Assembly (NCBI GenBank): GCA_038741355.1
Contig: JAVYLC010000044.1
Span: 1,662 to 12,235, forward strand
DNA from: Nitrososphaerota archaeon
GTDB taxonomy: Archaea > Thermoproteota > Nitrososphaeria_A > Caldarchaeales > Calditenuaceae
Direction of reading: 5' to 3'
DNA length: 10,574 nucleotides
Both the position numbers and the translations under genes were made by a program. Numbering within the stretch: position 1 is the first letter of the stretch; each line of letters starts with the position of its first letter. Below the pieces are notes generated by a model. That model was not told the origin of the DNA. It saw nothing but the letters and a program-made list of their open reading frames with translations, and did no database searches. Positions 6,706 through 10,574 of this stretch are shown here, in pieces.

Positions 6706-7628
6706 ACGCACTACACGCGCTCTCATACATCATCGATAGGCTCGCCACATACAGCACTATACTTTACCTTACAATGATTACTCCCCACAAATACGTAAAG
6801 AATTGGACAGCACTTTACTTAACTGCACTTTTAGGAAGAAAAAGCGTATCCATAGCTAAAGATGGAACACTAAGTGCAAAAATATCAGCACGTAAACTAT
6901 TTAAATGCTTAGTCGCCACCGAATACATCTACAGAAGGTCAAAAGTTCCTCAGTATGCCAGGAAAATCTCCTTCAACAATACATGGATGAAAATCTACTG
7001 CCTGAATGGCAGCTGCGAGTTAAAAGTCCAGCCTGAGAAGATTCTCATGGTAAGCATTCCAGAAGTCTTCAACGAGATCTATAATGTTAACGTTAGGGGC
7101 ATGGTAGTCTTGGATGTCGGCGCATATGTGGGAGACTCGGCACTATACTGGCTCTATAAAGGTGCGAGAAAGGTTATAGCTGTAGAGCCTGTTCCAGAAC
7201 ACTATGAGTCTCTCTTAGAGAATGCAAAAGGAAAACCCATTGTAGCGATTAACGCTTCTGTGGGTCAAAAGATTCCCTTATTACCTAATCAGGTCGGTCT
7301 TGACACGTATGGACTCATATCTTCAGAAAAAACTACAATGCAGCATTTAGATGTACCAGTGTATAAATTACTTGAATTAGTAGAGACTTGGAAGCCCGAT
7401 GTAGTTAAAATGAATTTTGAGGGCTGCGAATATGCCGTGATTAATGAGATAGTCCAACTACCTAGTTATGGAGTCAAGATCATAATTGTCCAATTTCACA
7501 AAAAGAAAGAACGCTCAATGCATAGAGCCCTCTTATACGCACAAAAATACCTAGGCCCACCCAAGATAACCGAGTCAATATTTACGAAAAACCCAAGGAT
7601 AACCTGCATTTGGGCGACCCTGATGTGA
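6702..7628 (+). CDS. FkbM-family SAM-dependent methyltransferase
   Basis: 308 aa counted from the ATG at 6702, which overlaps the GT2 TGA stop (ATGA). VVLDVGAYVGDSALYWLYKGARKVIAVEPVPEHYESLLENA matches the FkbM/Methyltransf_21-type SAM-binding pattern (DVGAxxGD...v.AfEP.P). The gene is markedly AT-rich, with AAA, TTA and GAA codons. Confidence 0.7.
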   Translation: MNALHALSYIIDRLATYSTILYLTMITPHKYVKNWTALYLTALLGRKSVSIAKDGTLSAKISARKLFKCLVATEYIYRRSKVPQYARKISFNNTWMKIYCLNGSCELKVQPEKILMVSIPEVFNEIYNVNVRGMVVLDVGAYVGDSALYWLYKGARKVIAVEPVPEHYESLLENAKGKPIVAINASVGQKIPLLPNQVGLDTYGLISSEKTTMQHLDVPVYKLLELVETWKPDVVKMNFEGCEYAVINEIVQLPSYGVKIIIVQFHKKKERSMHRALLYAQKYLGPPKITESIFTKNPRITCIWATLM

Positions 7629-7640
7629 AAAGAAAACAGC

Positions 7641-8015
7641 TCAAAATCTGCCTATCAGTAGGGCGCCTGAGATTATTAGCGCTATGCCGATCCACTGCTC
7701 GATAGAAACAACCTCTTCAAGGAGGAAATACCCCACAACAACTATAGATACTATGGATATCGAGAGGAAGAATCTCCCAAGCATGACGCCCATAGCGCTG
7801 TAGACCCAATAGCTCAGTACTGCTACTGTGAAGCCCGTAGCCATGGCGAGGATGAACCACCTGTTAAAGAAGAGGTTAATCAAGAACCTCACCGAGACTT
7901 CCGGCTGTCCTACCTCCCTAACTGCCATCCCCCAGAACATTGTGTTCAAACCCACCAATCCGACGACAATCAGCCCAATATACCAGTGGTTCGGCACCAA
8001 CTCTCCATCCACCAC
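7641..8015 (-). CDS. Small 4-TM membrane protein, DMT/EamA-SMR-like (ArnE/ArnF-like); candidate lipid-linked sugar flippase
   Basis: 124 aa with four hydrophobic helices. The C-terminal motif EEVVSIEQWIGIALIISGALLIGRF is typical of EamA/SMR-type helices. The GTG start at 8015 has TTATATTT on the minus strand (8045-8052) about 30 nt upstream. The functional call comes from context and size only. Confidence 0.5.
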   Translation of the reverse strand: MVDGELVPNHWYIGLIVVGLVGLNTMFWGMAVREVGQPEVSVRFLINLFFNRWFILAMATGFTVAVLSYWVYSAMGVMLGRFFLSISIVSIVVVGYFLLEEVVSIEQWIGIALIISGALLIGRF

Positions 8016-8129
8016 ACTTCAAAACCAACCATACCGCAGAAAACAAATATAACCCTTCAAATATCCTAACCGGAGCACCATACCAAGGAATTAATACAGC
8101 AATCCAGCATCAAGATTCGGAAAAACCGC
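8016..8129. promoter_or_regulatory. Divergent promoter region between the small DMT-like gene and the GT-C gene
   Basis: The minus-strand TATA box TTATATTT is at 8045-8052. A plus-strand AATTAATA lies at 8089-8096, about 34 nt before the ATG at 8130. Confidence 0.35.
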
Positions 8130-9515
8130 ATGGGGCAAATTAAAAACGGCAGAAAAACCATCGCTCTACTGGCGCTGATAGTGGCTTTAGGGTTCGCAAT
8201 ACGCTTCACCATCTGGATATATCCAGCCTACGGCTATGAGAACCAAGGCCTAACGATCTTTGACCCCGCCACATATACCATCTTCGGTTTAGCGTACATC
8301 CAAGCCATCACGTCGATGAACATGACCGCGCTCAGCAGTATAAACCCGGGAGTCCCGCCTCTAGGCATGATCCTCACAGGCATGTCAGCACATGCACTCG
8401 GCCAATTCATCGGCATTTTTCAGGCAGGACTCCTTGCACCGATAACAGCATCCGCACTTACAGCGATTCCAGCCTACATGATAGCCAAGAAAGTGTCACA
8501 AAAGCTAGCGTTAGTGGCGCCAGCCCTAGTAGCCTTCGACCCATTCTTCATCCAATACTCAACCGCTTACCTCGACTCAATAGGCACACTCTTCGCAACA
8601 ACATCAGCATTTTACATCATCAATCAACAGAATAGAAGAGCTCTAATCCTAGCTATCGTCTTCGCCAGTCTTGCAATACTCTCAAAGCTATCATTCGCCA
8701 CCTTCACATCGCTACTAGCGCTCCTCCTACTCTACACCAAGAAAACCACAGCCAAAAGAGCCGCCCTCTACCTACTTGCTCCACCCCTCACACTCCTCCT
8801 AAGTCCAGCCATATGGATGCCAGGCAACATCGGAGTAATAGTCCAGGGACACCTACAGTTCAATAATCTGCCCCTCTCACCACTCCTCGGCCCCTTCGTA
8901 ATAGGCGTCCCGCAATCCCTCCCATGGCATATCCTAACATACTTGGGTATGGGGCAAGTCTCCTGGAACACACTACCCTCAATAACACCACTAGCCCTCC
9001 TAGCGATGATACTATACGCAACGATGAAGAACAAGCCATACATCACAGACCACGCAGCGGTGGCGGCCTCTGCGATGATGCTTACCATCTTGCTGTTGCC
9101 GAGAAACTATTGGACCTACAGCTGGGGTGGAGGCGCAATACAGGGCGTCCTAATACGCCAGTTCTACCCCTACTACTTCTACCCCCTAATCCCCTTCCTA
9201 GCCACCCTACTACCATCAGCCAACAGAATAGGAGGCATCAATAGCCGCATAGTAAGCTACCCGATCCTCCTCACCACACTCCTCTCCCCCCTCGCATTCG
9301 CGATGAACCTTGGGCTCCCCTACTGGGACTTCCTCTTCACACTAGTCTACAGCTCAGCCCAGGGCAGCTGGGTAGCAGAGGGTATGGCCGCCACAGCAAT
9401 AACCGCCGCAACCCTCATAGTCATAATCACGGCCGCAGAGCTCCTATACAGGAAGAGCATAGCCCAGGGCCAATCCGAGGGCGGTGGTAAACAAACTGTT
9501 AATCAACTAAAATAA
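8130..9515 (+). CDS. GT-C fold integral-membrane glycosyltransferase (ArnT / PMT / GT39-GT83-like), expected to use a polyprenol-phosphate sugar donor
   Basis: 461 aa with roughly 11-12 TM helices. The N-terminal TM helix is followed by a loop carrying acidic residues (YENQGLTIFDP). Then come the PPLGMIL motif and the FDPFF...AYLDS region, in the order seen in ArnT/PMT_2-type proteins. There is no WWDYG motif, so it is not an AglB/STT3 oligosaccharyltransferase. Confidence 0.6.
   Translation: MGQIKNGRKTIALLALIVALGFAIRFTIWIYPAYGYENQGLTIFDPATYTIFGLAYIQAITSMNMTALSSINPGVPPLGMILTGMSAHALGQFIGIFQAGLLAPITASALTAIPAYMIAKKVSQKLALVAPALVAFDPFFIQYSTAYLDSIGTLFATTSAFYIINQQNRRALILAIVFASLAILSKLSFATFTSLLALLLLYTKKTTAKRAALYLLAPPLTLLLSPAIWMPGNIGVIVQGHLQFNNLPLSPLLGPFVIGVPQSLPWHILTYLGMGQVSWNTLPSITPLALLAMILYATMKNKPYITDHAAVAASAMMLTILLLPRNYWTYSWGGGAIQGVLIRQFYPYYFYPLIPFLATLLPSANRIGGINSRIVSYPILLTTLLSPLAFAMNLGLPYWDFLFTLVYSSAQGSWVAEGMAATAITAATLIVIITAAELLYRKSIAQGQSEGGGKQTVNQLK
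9494..9506 (+). repeat. Copy 1 of a 13-nt perfect direct repeat AACTGTTAATCAA
   Basis: It lies in the last codons of the GT-C gene (..QTVNQLK*) and is identical to 9579-9591. Confidence 0.6.
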
Positions 9516-9550
9516 AACTAATAAGCCACGCCGACAACACCAGCCACTCT

Positions 9551-9567
9551 TATTTAAAAGATATATA
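9551..9567 (+). promoter_or_regulatory. TATA-like elements upstream of the second pilin-like gene
   Basis: TTTAAAA is at 9553-9559 and ATATATA at 9561-9567. The latter ends 25 nt before the TTG at 9592. Confidence 0.45.
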
Positions 9568-9578
9568 CATGCTGGCCT

Positions 9579-9591
9579 AACTGTTAATCAA
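9579..9591 (+). repeat. Copy 2 of the 13-nt perfect direct repeat AACTGTTAATCAA
   Basis: It directly abuts the TTG start codon at 9592. Confidence 0.6.
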
Positions 9592-10119
9592 TTGGAGAGG
9601 GACGTGACCGTCCACCCCAACCCTAGCAACCAGAGGAGGTCTAGGAGGAGGCGTGGAGACACAGTAATACTAGCCGAGATTCTTCTCTTCGCCGGTGTTG
9701 TCGCGGTAGGCCTTGCCCTCTGGGGTCTCTCCCTAGGCTACGTGACCTCCCAGTCAACAAAGCTAGCCCAAGACTATGACAAGCTTGTCTCACAGCAGAG
9801 AGGCTTCCTCATTATAGAGGCAGTCTCACTGCAAGGCAACATAGTCTGGGTATCAAATCCCGGACTGAACGATGTAGCGGTTATAAGCTGCACGATATAT
9901 CCGAAGACCACACCATCCCCCGGCATAAGATACAATGTGGGGAGCGTAGTCGTGGAAGCCTCAGCCAACAGCCCGACCGCGCTTAGAGGCTGTGAACGAT
10001 TCGCAGGCCCACCCCCATACATAGTCGAGGTCTGGTACATCTCTGCACACCTCTACGACCCGCAAGACCCGGCCAGCAACTCGATGTACGCGCTCGTGGC
10101 CCGATATGAGAAAGGATAG
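9592..10119 (+). CDS. Pilin-like protein with a class III signal peptide-like N-terminus (minor pilin candidate)
   Basis: 175 aa. The basic leader ...QRRSRRRRG is followed by DTVILAEILLFAGVVAVGLALW, which fits the [KR]-G-[D]-[T] plus hydrophobic-helix pattern of archaeal prepilins. A beta-rich domain follows (IVWVSNPGLNDVAVISCTIY). The start is TTG at 9592 or GTG at 9604. Confidence 0.65.
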   Translation: MERDVTVHPNPSNQRRSRRRRGDTVILAEILLFAGVVAVGLALWGLSLGYVTSQSTKLAQDYDKLVSQQRGFLIIEAVSLQGNIVWVSNPGLNDVAVISCTIYPKTTPSPGIRYNVGSVVVEASANSPTALRGCERFAGPPPYIVEVWYISAHLYDPQDPASNSMYALVARYEKG

Positions 10120-10574
10120 GTCCGGAATCTCCTCAATGGTTGGGATGGCGATAATCTTAGCGATATTCTTCACAACCCTGATCCCTCTATACGTATACAT
10201 GTCAAGCCTCTACGGCCTCCTCTCCAACGAGACGAATTCCAGAAGGGTAAGAGACGTGGACAGGGAGACGGAAGACTTGAAGCTCTTCGTGGAGGGTAAG
10301 TCGGGAATAAACCGGGAAAACCCGGGCATAAGCGTAATTCTGAAGAACAACTCACCCCTCCTGATAAGGGTTGAGAGGATATGGATGATGAACGTGGAGA
10401 CGGGCTCACCAGTTGGAGACACCCCCTGCATAGATAGGACGCTTGACGTACCTCCCGGCTGGAACATCACGGTACAAGTAAACACATGTACGCAGGGGTT
10501 CACTGGGAGGGTTCAGTTCATAGCTGTTACTGAGCGGGGCAGGCTATTCGGCTCCGCACCCATCGACCTCCTAG
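10106..10574 (+). CDS. Pilin-like protein with a class III signal peptide-like N-terminus, 3'-partial (runs off the window)
   Basis: This ORF is not in the track. The ATG at 10106 overlaps the preceding gene by 14 nt. The translation is MRKDRSG-ISSMVGMAIILAIFFTTLIPLYVY..., followed by ISVILKNNSPLLIRVERIWMMN. The frame is open to nt 10573. The architecture matches the other two pilin-like genes. Confidence 0.65.
   Translation, partial: MRKDRSGISSMVGMAIILAIFFTTLIPLYVYMSSLYGLLSNETNSRRVRDVDRETEDLKLFVEGKSGINRENPGISVILKNNSPLLIRVERIWMMNVETGSPVGDTPCIDRTLDVPPGWNITVQVNTCTQGFTGRVQFIAVTERGRLFGSAPIDLL

Noticed and set aside
5400-10240. Simple inversion of the 4.8-kb block as the explanation for the strand-composition switch
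   Set aside because: Both putative boundaries lie inside intact plus-strand pilin ORFs. An inversion with those endpoints would destroy both reading frames.
5984-10503. Remaining overlapping ORFs in the track (5984..6190, 6054..6371, 6402..6665, 7828..8052, 7940..8143, 8234..8416, 8768..9088, 8924..9244, 9774..10040, 9961..10200, 10170..10409, 10210..10503)
   Set aside because: Each overlaps a better-supported gene on the same or opposite strand. Their translations are low-complexity (Arg/Ser/Pro/Leu-rich) and have no recognisable motifs.
1-10574. CRISPR array, IS element or transposase, integrase, tRNA or rRNA
   Set aside because: No regularly spaced repeats, terminal inverted repeats with a transposase ORF, or structured RNA gene signatures were found on either strand by visual scanning.

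Overview
This window reads as an archaeal cell-surface locus, probably crenarchaeote-like: AGG/AGA Arg and ATA Ile codons, TATA-like boxes about 25-30 nt upstream of start codons, and mostly no Shine-Dalgarno sequence. The core is a non-archaellum type IV pilus (T4P)-like assembly module. It consists of a FlaI/TadA-family secretion ATPase (1255-3153, +), a convergent FlaJ/TadC-family polytopic platform protein (3410-5182, -), and a small pilin with a class III signal peptide (5303-5704, +) transcribed divergently from the platform gene. Two more pilin-like genes lie at 9592-10119 and 10106->10574. The last one is missing from the ORF track because it runs off the window.

Between the pilin genes sits a four-gene glycosylation cassette:
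- a GT2 (GT-A fold) glycosyltransferase
- an FkbM-type methyltransferase, with ATGA start/stop overlap to the GT2 gene and much lower GC
- a small 4-TM DMT/EamA-like putative lipid-sugar flippase on the minus strand
- a GT-C (ArnT/PMT-like) integral-membrane glycosyltransferase

A polytopic membrane protein of unknown function occupies 1-1112 and probably starts upstream of the window. I saw no rRNA, tRNA, CRISPR array, transposase or prepilin peptidase.

The most interesting points are:
1. The cassette looks like a pilus-dedicated, lipid-carrier-dependent extracytoplasmic glycosylation route embedded in an archaeal T4P locus.
2. The ATPase has a C-terminal Pro/Ala linker plus a roughly 65-aa winged-helix-like extension.
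3. Synonymous-site composition switches abruptly inside the first pilin gene, just after the N-terminal helix. This suggests a swapped block carrying the pilin C-terminal domain and the glycosylation genes.
4. Short exact repeats occur in the promoter regions.

All family assignments come from motif reading by eye. No database search was possible.
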